A stretch of 64,000 nt of DNA from Octopus sinensis. Its lineage: Eukaryota. Both the position numbers and the translations under genes were made by a program. The notes beneath the pieces are model-generated. The model had not been told where the DNA came from. It was given only the letters and a program-made list of their open reading frames with translations, and searched no databases. Within the stretch, counting starts at the first letter, position 1, and each line of letters starts with the position of its first letter. Below, piece by piece: positions 53,772 to 64,000 of this stretch. Location of the stretch: contig NC_043013.1 in assembly GCF_006345805.1 (NCBI RefSeq), positions 10,044,001 to 10,108,000 of the forward strand, written 5' to 3'.

Positions 53772-53985
53772 TACTAGAATTACTTCGAAAGGAATGTGAT
53801 ATGTCGATAGTTAAATTCTGTTCGGTATTTATACCTAGTAAGAATGTATAGGCTTTGCGGGAACTCCTGCATTCTCGGAGTGTCGTCAATATATAAATGT
53901 CATATGCACTGAGTATATACATAACAAAGGAAGCTAATGAGGGGACGGTTGTTTCGTCCTTTTCAATAAGAAGCTTGTTAGTGTT
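53772..53985 (-). repeat. unclassified ~210-bp dispersed repeat, copy 2
   Basis: Reverse complement of 46460-46672. Confidence 0.8.
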
Positions 53986-54004
53986 TGTACCATTATTGAT
54001 TTCG

Positions 54005-54205
54005 AATCGTGGCACAAGGCCAACAATTTCGGGGGAGGAGCTCAATCGATTGCATCGACACCATTGCTCAAATGGTACTTATTTTATCGACCCCGAAGGA
54101 CGGAAGACAAAGTCGACCTCTGCGGAATTTGAACTCAGAACGTAAAGACGGACAAAATATTGCTAAGCATTTTGTCCTGTGTACTACAGATTCTACAAGC
54201 TCGCT
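54005..54205 (-). mobile_element. SINE family B
   Basis: ggcacaaggcc..atcgaccccgaa..caaagtcgacctc..gaatttgaactcagaacg. Confidence 0.8.
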
Positions 54206-54235
54206 TCTCTTACGTTCGAGCGATTATTGAAAATA

Positions 54236-54620
54236 TCTCTCTCTATATAAACGGCAGTTTGTCTGTGTGTGTTTCTGTGTGTCTGTTTGCTTGTACCCTC
54301 ACCCTGACCACGGCTTTCAACCGATTATGATGAAACTTGACACACACATAGCCCAATGTCATAATTCAAAACTAACGCAGCGAAAATTTTGAAAAGTTCC
54401 CCCAGTTCTGAAAAAAATCGATAAATTCGACATGGGGTCGAGAATCAGAAACACAAACCACAGACTATCTAGGGGACGCAACTCAACCTTTTTTAACTCT
54501 CAAAAAAAATTTACCATCATTTTTTTTCCATTTTTTTGCTATTTTTTGGCTATAACTCTCTAAAAATGCTTTATAGTTATTTCCCTTACAAACCTGAGCA
54601 ACGCCGGGCGATACTGCTAG
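54236..54620 (+). mobile_element. non-autonomous Helitron
   Basis: A|TC start, hairpin cctgagcaacgccggg, CTAG|T end. Confidence 0.82.
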
Positions 54621-54887
54621 TATATACTATTCTTTGTATTCTGTTCGATACATTTTCCTTATGGAAATTAAATTAGTAACATATAGGAAACTTCGGGAAA
54701 AACTTTGTCTCTAAAAACAAATTAATATTTACTGCATTGTGAGAAAAAATACGAAATAAAAACTTCTTTTATCAGGGAGAATGCACGGTGATTTGGTGCA
54801 GCACTAGTCATTTTAACTATCAACTTCGGATATCAATGGGATCAACTATATATATACAATATATATCAACGGGATCGATTATATATA

Positions 54888-55316
54888 CGATAATCAATCT
54901 CTATATCGCCGCCTCCTAAGTTTATCGCGGGTTTCTTCGACCGATAGTTATTTATATTTTTTTCAGATTTTAATTATTTCTGTGGTAAAATAAGAACTTT
55001 CACCCCTAAAAATTGATAAATTAATAAATAACTATACAGTACGGCATTGCACTGTATAACACATGAACCAAATATATATTAGAAGAAAATGCGTATATTA
55101 CCGTAGATGAGTAAACAAAGAATCGCACATACTGTATGGAAAACGAAACTCGGGAGGTGAGTGTGAGGTGTTGCTTTGCATTTATAATAAAATAAATATA
55201 TACAAATTATAAAAATAATTTTTAAAAAATACAGTACAATACTGTTTCTACTTAGCGGATTTCACCTATCGTGTGTGTTTGGAAACGTAACACCCGCGAT
55301 AGTCGAGGGATTACTG
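54888..55316. mobile_element. pogo/Tigger-like MITE
   Basis: Right end cgcgatagtcgagggattactg|TA typical of CAGT-type TIRs; left TIR decayed. Confidence 0.45.
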
Positions 55317-55323
55317 TATATAT

Positions 55324-55407
<84 letters not shown>

Positions 55408-55410
<3 letters not shown>

Positions 55411-55584
55411 AGATCGTTAGCCACTACACATATTTTTCTCTCCTTGTTTTTTCTGTGTACCTTTCTGAAGAAGAGCGTAGGCTCGAACGTAAAAGACTTT
55501 TTCTATTCCTGGGCGTTATACTAATACATCTGTTTGTTTTGTACACCACCTGTCTTCGTCTTTTGTTTTTTCGTAAACTCTCCC
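55408..55584 (+). mobile_element. solo PLE-type pLTR fragment within (TA)n
   Basis: 177-bp island flanked by (TA)n on both sides; carries a hammerhead motif. Confidence 0.65.
55461..55495 (+). ncRNA. minimal type I hammerhead (one A deleted from GAAA)
   Basis: cttt-CTGAAGA-a-gagc gtag gctc-GAAC-GTA-aaag; perfect 4-bp stems I and II. Confidence 0.6.
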
Positions 55585-55602
55585 TATATATATATATATA
55601 TA

Positions 55603-56524
55603 CTAGCTAAGGTACCAGGTAATACCCAAGATGGGGATATTCCCAGTACCCATTACAATGCCTTATTTCTCTCAGACAAAAAAGGAAATCAAGACAGGAC
55701 AAATAATAGAAGGCGTAAGCAAATTCATTCACGAAACTATCATACAAATAAATATGCGTGGAATCGGAAAATGATAATCGTTTGGTCAGATGAGTGGGAA
55801 GCTGGAAATATATCATCAGTGGAAATATCAAGAGAACTTTAAAGGAGTGCTATAAAGAAAAGAACATAAAAGTTAGAAAAGTAAACAAAAACTTATTTAG
55901 AGAAAATATGCTTAATTTAACGACTGTGTTTCATGGGTATAGTTCCACTGATCGTGAGAATCAAATATCGATTGCAACGGTTAGAAGCAACAATTTTAAG
56001 TGCAGGTGTTAAGAAATTACAAGTTATATGTTTTAGAACACAAGGTTGCAACGTTTAGAATCGATAATTTTAAGTGAAGGTGTTAAGAAAATACGTGTTA
56101 CAGCAGCCTGAGAATGTTAAAATAATTTATGAACATTTCAACCCCACAACACTTTAGGCGAAATTTCGTTAATCAGTAAATCAAAAATCATCTTACGCTT
56201 TGCCTGAGTGGCCTAGGTAAAATATATATTTGTCTCAACCCATTCTTACCGCATATTCCATCTGTGTATGAAATTTCAAGAAAATCGGTTGAAAAGTTTA
56301 AAGGTTAAGGCGGAAAATAACATTCATGTGAAAATTTGCATTGAAATGTCCTACTGATTTTTGAAAAATCGATGCTGATTAAAAATGATCGATTTTTTAA
56401 AAATTCCAAGGGCGTAAATCAGTTGAAATTCCAAGTGTGTAAATCTGTTGGATAGTCTCGGAAGAGTTAAAGTAACAAATTCACAAGCACGCACACAGAC
56501 ATAAACAGACAGAAATTGCCATTC

Positions 56525-56532
<8 letters not shown>
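55603..56532 (-). mobile_element. non-autonomous Helitron (~930 bp)
   Basis: Minus strand ends gggtattacctggtaccttagCTAG|T; its 5' end atggcaatttctgtctgt recurs as a plus-strand fragment at about 57108-57163. Confidence 0.65.
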
Positions 56533-56592
<60 letters not shown>

Positions 56593-56625
56593 ATATAGAT
56601 ATATATATATATACTATATATATAT

Positions 56626-56724
<99 letters not shown>

Positions 56725-57049
56725 TATAGAAATGAAAGAATGGATGCTGACATAAGTTCCTTGTTTTTCCTGATGAGAAGGCGGCATAATGCACCCCTTA
56801 TTCCTTCGAAATTAGGAATATGCAGCCTTCGAAACATATGTCGAGAATAAAGGAATTTTGTTAATTCGTCGTTCAACCCCATTCTTTCATTTATTTGTAT
56901 TTAAAAAAACACACAAATTTCCACACGAAAGCACGTGATCTCTGCCCTTGGCATGTAGCTTCAACCGTGTTTTTCTGACGTGAATTTGCTACCCAGGTAT
57001 CGGTTAATCGAATTATCCATAATAAGATAATTCATTCAACTACTCTTAT

Positions 57050-57104
<55 letters not shown>

Positions 57105-57994
57105 ACATAAATGGCAATTTCTCTCTGTTTGTGGCTGTGTGTGTGTGCTTGTGAATTTGTTACATTATACTTACAAATACACCCACACAGAGTTCCATGC
57201 ACGTACGTATAATATTTATCAATACCAGGTATTCTAATTTAGTTTACTGTAGATCACGCATATCACAAAATCCTATCTATATTTAAGTTCATATGAACTG
57301 ACTTATATTGCTTCCTTCAGAATTTGTTCGCGAACTCGTCTAATTAATTATAAGCCGCTAGATACTATTTGCCCATGTGCTAAGCATTATATATACCCCG
57401 AAGACAAGTGTCAAACATTAATAAAGATGAAAGATAACTAAGGCTAATGAGTCATGTTTCATTCGACACCTCATGAATACGAAGCCTTAGATAACTTAAT
57501 TTCGTTTGGTATCAAAAAAAAAAAAGAAATCTACTGAACCTACACCGGAACAGGTAAACACTTAGAGTACAAAAAGCGGAAGAGAATTACGATGATCTCA
57601 TTGAGATGATGCGGTTTAGATAATCTGTAAGGTAATTATTTCTATTACAGGTACAAGGCTTTAAATATGTGGGGAGGGATTAGTTCATTATATAGAGCCC
57701 AACGCTCATCTGGTATTTATTGTAATCGACCCTGAAATGATAAGTACATTCTTTCACGGAATTTGAACTCAGAACGCGGAGACAGGAAAAAAATAGTGTT
57801 GAGTATTTTATCCATCGTCGCTTCATAACCCGGTAAATAATATTTGACAAAAAAGAAATGAATAAGTCAATACCTTGTACATGCTTAGGACCCTATAATT
57901 TTCATCACAATAACAGTTTGATAATATTGTGCCTAATATCTGGGTACATCTGGGTATCTACACTGAAGTGAGATTGTGTTTAAAGGCATTATTT

Positions 57995-58325
57995 TATTCC
58001 TTTACTAGTCTCAGTCATTTGAATGCGGCCATGCTGGAACACCGCTTTTAGTCGAGCAAATCGATCTCAGGCCTTATTCTTTGTAAGCCTAGTACTTATT
58101 CAATCGGTCTCTTTTGCCGAAGCGATAAGTTACGAGGACGTAAACACACCAGCATCGGTTGTCAAGCGTTGTTGGGGGGGGGGACAAACACACACAGACA
58201 CATATATATATATACGATGGGCTTCACAAGGCTTTGGTTGGTCAGAGGCTATAGTAAAAGACACGCAGTGGGACTACAACCGGAACCATGTAGTTGGTAA
58301 GCAAGCTACTTACCAAATGGCCATG
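57995..58325 (-). mobile_element. SINE family A with internal deletions
   Basis: Reverse complement of the 43141-43560 type. Confidence 0.82.
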
Positions 58326-58409
58326 TTGATTTTCCTTAAAAATAAAATATTTAAACCAGAAATATTACTAATATTTTAAACACGTTTGGTCTTAGGTTGA
58401 GAACACTTC

Positions 58410-58720
58410 TGTAACAGTGTGGGCAAGCGCCTTCCTCTATAGTTCCAGATTGACCAAAGCGTTATGAGTAAATTTATTGAACAGAAACTGACAGAAGCCC
58501 GTCTTGTGTGTGAACGTGCGTGTTTCTTTGTAAATTCGTTGTTTTTTCTCCAACCACTTTTTGACAACCTGCGCTGTTTAGTGGACGTTCCCTTTACATT
58601 GCGGCCCGACGAAACAAGACCGTTACAATATAAACACTGGCATCGATTTGTTCGACCACAATCTTGAAGGCGGTACCCTAGCATAGCCGCAGCTCAATGC
58701 CCGAAACGAGTAAAAGACAA
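58410..58720 (+). mobile_element. SINE family A, old copy
   Basis: gggcaag..gaccaaagc..gaaactga..cttgaaggcggt..gaaacgagtaaaaga. Confidence 0.65.
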
Positions 58721-59129
58721 TAGAGGTAAAGCCTTCGAACAAATGTGTGTAGAGTTGCGTAAATACGTGTATAAATAATTCTGCATGAATATGCGAAATG
58801 CTTGAATATTTTATTCAGTTAGTTATTGCTTGTTACAAGCTCAGCGCTTCTTTTATGTACGAACAATTACTTCCTCTTTGCGTTATATTATAAAACTCTC
58901 TTGTTGAGAATTTATGAGTTTATAAGTAGATGTGAGCCAACCATACTAATGTGCTGAATCTACCTACTTACTAGTCGAGTAAGGAAAAAACTAATTCTGA
59001 AACCTCTTTGTATAATTTCGTATTAGATATTATTTTGTTATCTTTGTGAGCATCGGCGCGCTCCTATCATCCCTTCGTTTTTATCTAAATACTTGTAGTA
59101 GCAGTAGTAGCAGCAATGCTCGTTTCTAA

Positions 59130-59530
59130 TCTATAATATAAGTTGGACATGGGCAATCGTTGTATTCTGTCTTGTCTTGAGGTTCACAGCTAAACGGCTG
59201 GGCGGATTCACGTGAAAAATGGCACACATGTGGAAATGGGTGCATAGATTGAAATGCAGTTTGTATTTTTTATCCTAACCCCGAGAAAATTGATTAAAAC
59301 TTTTTCTAATGGAATTTCCCTCTTTCTTCTGCCATTAAAACGACCAGTTGCTTAGAAGCTGTTTTCTGACGGGGTGGGGTCAGGAAATTTTCCTATAGCT
59401 GGAGGCTTCAATCGAAACAGGGGACCCGAAATGATAAGGCTGACAAACGGTGTTATAGATTATGCCTTACCGAAAATGATTACGGCCACATCATCCAAAC
59501 AGACCGGGTGAAACCGGGCTTAGCTGCTAG
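59130..59530 (+). mobile_element. non-autonomous Helitron, different family
   Basis: A|TCtatataata start, hairpin ccgggtgaaaccgg, CTAG|T end. Confidence 0.8.
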
Positions 59531-59708
59531 TTTAAGTATAAAGCGTGTAATTTTAAGGGGAGGAGGTTAATTAATACAGTCAACCCAATTTCGAGATTAT
59601 TACGTTATTTGATCGAACCTGAAAAGATGGAAAGCAAATTTAATCTCGGCTGGATTTGAAACCATATTTGGAACAATGCAGTAATGCATTTTGTCTGAGA
59701 CTCTAACT

Positions 59709-59895
59709 CAGTCATGGGCAACAACCTGCGGCCCGCGAAGCTTTCTGAATGGCTCGCTTAACTCAGAAAAGAAAAATATTCGCCGTCGTCAGACAGCCGT
59801 GTAAATTTGCAAAGTCTCTAAAATTTGAGAATGTTATGCTGATGATGAACCAAATCTCATTCGACCAGCTTCTTAAAAAGGGTTGCCCGTGCCTT
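59709..59895. mobile_element. hAT-type MITE
   Basis: TIRs cagtcatgggcaac / gttgcccgtgcctt; perfect 8-bp TSD ctctaact (59701-59708 and 59896-59903). Confidence 0.88.
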
Positions 59896-61018
59896 CTCTA
59901 ACTATTCACTCAGATGCTCCAAGTATAAAACAAAAACCATCTGCACCCTACATAAGCATACTTTATTTTGGCTGCTGCTCGAAAAGCAACAGCATTCAAC
60001 AATACATGAACAGGACGACACCTATACATGGAAACACATTGAATGAAAGTTTCATTATGTAATAGTGGTCCAGCTTTGGCATCAGTCACTCACGCCTTTA
60101 AATCACTGCGGTATTAACTCGTACAGGTTTGGGGAATTTTGAGCCAGGCATGATGTTGAATCTGTTTTAGATCTTTCGGTGACTGTAGAGCTAGGAACTG
60201 CCCTAAAATGTACCATACATGTTTGGTTATATTGACAACTGGTGATTGCGGAGTTCAATCCAAATATTTATACTTCAATTTTGTGCTCTTAGTACTAATT
60301 GTAACTAATAGCAGTCGCGTGTATCAGCCAAAATACTCAGATAAGCATTGGCGTAAACTCTACCATCTCGAACAACTAAAGGTATAAGAGAAATTTGTGA
60401 TATAACTACCCACTTCATGACAGCCACCTCACGCTTGACGGTCAAGGCAAAACAGCCAATGCTGAAAGTTTATTTGGACTTTCTCCAAACATAAACTCCA
60501 CCCGAAATGGGGGGGGGAGGGCTAAATAAAGATTCAGTTGAGAAGATGATACCTTCCGTTGAGCTATTGACCACTTCCGCTAATCAAAGTTGATGGAGAA
60601 CAAGAGAGACTGAGAACATTTTGTTTGACACAAGGTTGGTAAGGTTGTTTGTTTAGCAGCCATTTTTGCTGTTATAGTTCGATGATGTTTAGATGCATTA
60701 CGTTTCACTATTCTGCGGTCCTTCTCTGTGACTTTTATCTTCTGTTCAGAATTATATTTGCCAGCGATTGTCTTTATATTGGTTTTCTAATGCCAACATG
60801 TTTTAGAGACTGTAACTCTCGAAACATTAAATAAAATTCAATAGTAGGTACAGGAGTGGCTGGGTAGTAAGTAGCTTGCTTACCAACACATGGTTCCGGG
60901 TTCAGTCCCACTGCGTGGCACCTTGGGCAAGTGTCTTCTACTATAGCCTCGGATCGACCAAAGCCTTGTGAGTGGATTTGGTACACGGAATCTGAAAAGA
61001 AGCCCGTAGTATACATGC

Positions 61019-61048
<30 letters not shown>

Positions 61049-61050
<2 letters not shown>

Positions 61051-62021
61051 GAGATAAAAAAAAATATATGCATACATACAAACATATATGTACGTACCTA
61101 CATCTACATGTATATATACATGCATATATAAATAATTATACGGAAGTACAGGACATCACAATAGACGTAGAAACAGAAAAGCCAAAAAAAACAAAAAAAC
61201 AAGAAAACGGAAAACAAAAACCAAATACAGGACAGGTTACACAAGGACAAAACCCCCGTCATCAGCTGTCGCTAGAGGAGTCAGGCATGTTTCGAAGGCA
61301 TAACAGAACACTAATCCAATAGGCCTTCCTGCGAGAGAATTAAAATAAAATTTCAAGCAGCGGGGCACAATGAGTACGAACAAAACAAGACGTAACAATA
61401 AGACTGCAAAATTAAAATACATGTACAAAACAAACACAAGAGGACGAACGAAAAAGCCTTTTTTCTGGCATAGACAAACAATAAAACTGCAAAAATAAAA
61501 ATACATGTACAAAAAGTACAATTAGTTACAAAACGAGAAAATACAAGAATACTATACAGGAAATTAACCACCAAGGGGACGAACGAAGAAGCCTTTTGCT
61601 GGCAAGGAAAAGTGTAGTAGCAGCGCGTGGAGGCAGTCTTTTCAATAGTGGTAACCACGTGTAAAGGAATTTTGTTTTATAGGCCGGAAGAAGGGGGAAG
61701 GAGGAGGGGGACACGCGGCGAAGAGAGAGGAGGAGGAGAGGGAGAAAGATTGAAGAGGTTAAAGCAAAGGAGAGAGTACCGCATCTTCAATATAATAATA
61801 TTAATAAAAAAAAAAGGGGACCAAGAAGTGGATCGAAACGACGAATCGGAACGAACCTGATGCGGGGCGCTGTCAGACAATAAGGAGATAAAAAAAAAAT
61901 ATATGCATACATACAAACATATATGTACGTACCTACATCTACATGTATATATACATGCATATATAAATAATTATACGGAGTTACAGGACATCACAATAAG
62001 ACGTAGAAACAGAAAAAGCCA
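61049..62021 (-). mobile_element. non-coding element with ~136-bp terminal direct repeat, relative of the 4632-6733 array
   Basis: 61049-61184 repeated at 61883-62021 (period about 834); shares gtaggtacgtacatatatgttt, tgtcctgtat and ccttcGAAAC...CTGANGA blocks with the array. Confidence 0.82.
61252..61299 (-). ncRNA. permuted (type II-like) hammerhead candidate
   Basis: Minus gccttc-GAAAC-atgc-ctg actcctctagcga cag-CTGATGA-c-gggggt; cleavage triplet not canonical in this copy. Confidence 0.42.
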
Positions 62022-62446
62022 TATATACATATATATATATGTGTGTGCGTGTGTACCTTTTTTGTCCCCCCAACATCACTTGATATCCGATGCTGCTGTG
62101 TTTACGTCCCCGTAACTTAGCGGTTCGGCAAAAGGAGACCGAATAGAATAAGTACTAGGCTTACAAAAGAATAAGTCCTGGGGTGGATTTGCTCGACTAA
62201 AGGCGATGCTCCAGCATGGCCGCAGTCAAATGACTGAAACAAGCAAATGAGAAAAGATAGTTTTCCAAGCCTAAAGTCTAGCCTTTTAAGGTTCAACAAT
62301 TTATCGTCATTGAAAATAAAATAGGGCACGCATTTTATTTAAATATAAGAAAAGTTGAAAGATATGCAGAGAGTTATATCATGAGATACTTGGAATACCT
62401 AATGCATATGAAGACATACGTAGAAACTGGAAAAATTTTCAATTTA

Positions 62447-62965
62447 TTGGTTTGTCCGGAAAATTTGTGCCGATTTATAGTAGCTTACCTGTCGACTTAT
62501 TTTAGAAAATGGTTGAGTCCATAAAATAAGTTAGAGCACAGTTTAAGCTATCTTTTCGTGGAAGAAGGTTTATGTTTCTATAACCTGTGTTAATTCTGTA
62601 ATCCTTTAAATAGAAGATAAGAAAGTTCATTTTCTACACTTGTTGCTTTGGGAACCAGACAAAAATTGCTGCAGCTCGGCTGGGATGTGTTACCCCACTC
62701 TCCATATTCACCAGATTTTGCTCATTCGGATTTCCACTTATTCAGGTCTCTGGAGAATAGTCTTAATGGTAAAAATTTCAATTCCTTGGATGGCGTAAAA
62801 AGATTTCTTGATGAATTCTTTGCCATGAAACCACCTTCTGGGAAGAGGGTATTTTCAAGTTAAAGGAAAGATGGAGACGCATTGTGCAAGAAAATGGTTC
62901 ATATTTGGTTGATTAAAAATGTAATGGCAAGTATTTTTTGACCTTTTTCTTTCCGGACAACCCAA
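62447..62965 (+). mobile_element. internally deleted mariner (Tc1/mariner) element, 519 bp
   Basis: TA|ttggtttgtccggaaa ... tttccggacaacccaa|TA; N-terminus IEDKKVHFLHLLLWE fused to TRQKLLQLGWDVLPHSPYSPDFAHSDFHLFRSL..FWEEGIFKLKERWRRIVQENGSYLVD*. Confidence 0.93.
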
Positions 62966-62989
62966 TATCATATTGACAATTTGGCACCA

Positions 62990-63145
62990 GGCAATAGTGC
63001 TGAGCAGATACTTAATTATTTATCGACCCAGAAAAACGAAATGCAAAACCTACCTCAGCGGAATTTGCACTCAGTTTGTTAAGAGTAGAAAAAGTCCCAA
63101 TAAGCATTTTGTCCGACGCACGAACGATTATGCTAGCTCACTACT
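62990..63145 (-). mobile_element. SINE family B, diverged (another copy at about 63685-63845)
   Basis: tttatcgaccc..cggaatttg..taagcattttgtccgac. Confidence 0.6.
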
Positions 63146-63492
63146 TTAATAATAATAATAATTACTATAGCAATTTACATACTTCATCTTTGTTAATGCC
63201 ACTTTCCTTCCTGTTTCAAGATAGGAGATGATATGTATAATGACGTCAGCAATATCTGAATATACTTAATAAAGGTGAACATGCTCCACCTTTAGAATTC
63301 CTCGTGTATTTTTGGTTTTATCATTTTGTTTGTTTCTTTAGTTTTGCTATTGCCTTCATTCAGATATATATATACTTTTAGCTGCGTACGTGACTGCCAT
63401 CACAACACCTTACCTGAACGTGTTTTTTGTGAATGAGTGTATGAATGAGTGCCCATGTGAGCAAGTGTCTGTTTCTCACGATCTCTTTATTA

Positions 63493-63556
<64 letters not shown>

Positions 63557-64000
63557 CACTTACTTGAGCTCATAATGTCGGTTACACGATTTCTGTGGAT
63601 TATAAGCGGCTGAAACGACAACACTCCCCCTGAAAGGGTCGTGGGTCCGTCGCAGGTTTCAAGGTCAGCACTTTTGAATTGAGAGAACAAATCGATTACA
63701 TCGACCCTAGTACTTCTCTACTACTTTGTTTTATCGATCCCGAAATAATGAAAGGCGAATTTAATCTCGGTGAAATCTGAATTCTGAACAAAAAGAGCCG
63801 GAAGAAAAGCAACTAAGCATTTTGTCCGACCTATATACGATTCTGGCTACAGGATGTCTCTCGGAATCTCAGTTAATATAAATTTGGTGGCAGTTTCGTG
63901 ATGTCTTAGTAAATTTTTTGTTTTCTAAAACATTTGCATATTTTATGGCATGGGAATAGACGATGAAATTAATTGCATTTTAGGGATTAAACTATCAGAT

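Larger units (their letters stand above)
60847..62250 (+). mobile_element. SINE family A split by an insertion in its internal (TA)n
   Basis: 5' half 60847 to about 61010 and 3' half about 62022-62250 are collinear with the intact copy at 43141. Confidence 0.85.

Noticed and set aside
60160-60385. Stop-free plus-strand frame of about 75 codons after ttttag
   Set aside because: No recognisable domain, weak donor, and a length compatible with chance
88-63575. Numerous ORFs rich in YI/CV/HT/MYVC/poly-I/poly-L
   Set aside because: Translations of (TA)n, (CA)n, (TATG)n and (ATT)n microsatellites, open in several frames and on both strands

Overview
AT-rich, microsatellite-saturated eukaryotic DNA. 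The repeat families (tRNA-derived SINEs with long conserved bodies, plus abundant (TA)n, (TATG)n, (TAA)n and (GAT)n) look like an octopod cephalopod genome; this is inferred, not proven. No host protein-coding gene can be supported, and nearly all listed ORFs are translations of simple repeats or SINEs. The real coding remnants all come from transposons. They are: a young, 5'-truncated R4/Dong-like non-LTR element (RT C-terminus, CCHC knuckle, restriction-like endonuclease) inside a (TAA)n tract, plus two further 3' fragments; several Penelope-like element (PLE) remnants (RT, GIY-YIG); and an internally deleted mariner. Non-autonomous Helitrons, hAT/piggyBac/pogo-type MITEs and many SINEs fill the rest. 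The most notable signal is about a dozen hammerhead-ribozyme-like motifs in PLE-type repeats. These include a non-coding ~868-bp tandem array (4632-6733) and a diverged relative (61049-62021) in which the two hammerhead catalytic boxes occur in reversed, type II-like order: a candidate retrozyme-like, (TA)n-associated element. Ribozyme folds were read by eye and are untested. Boundaries of old repeats are approximate.
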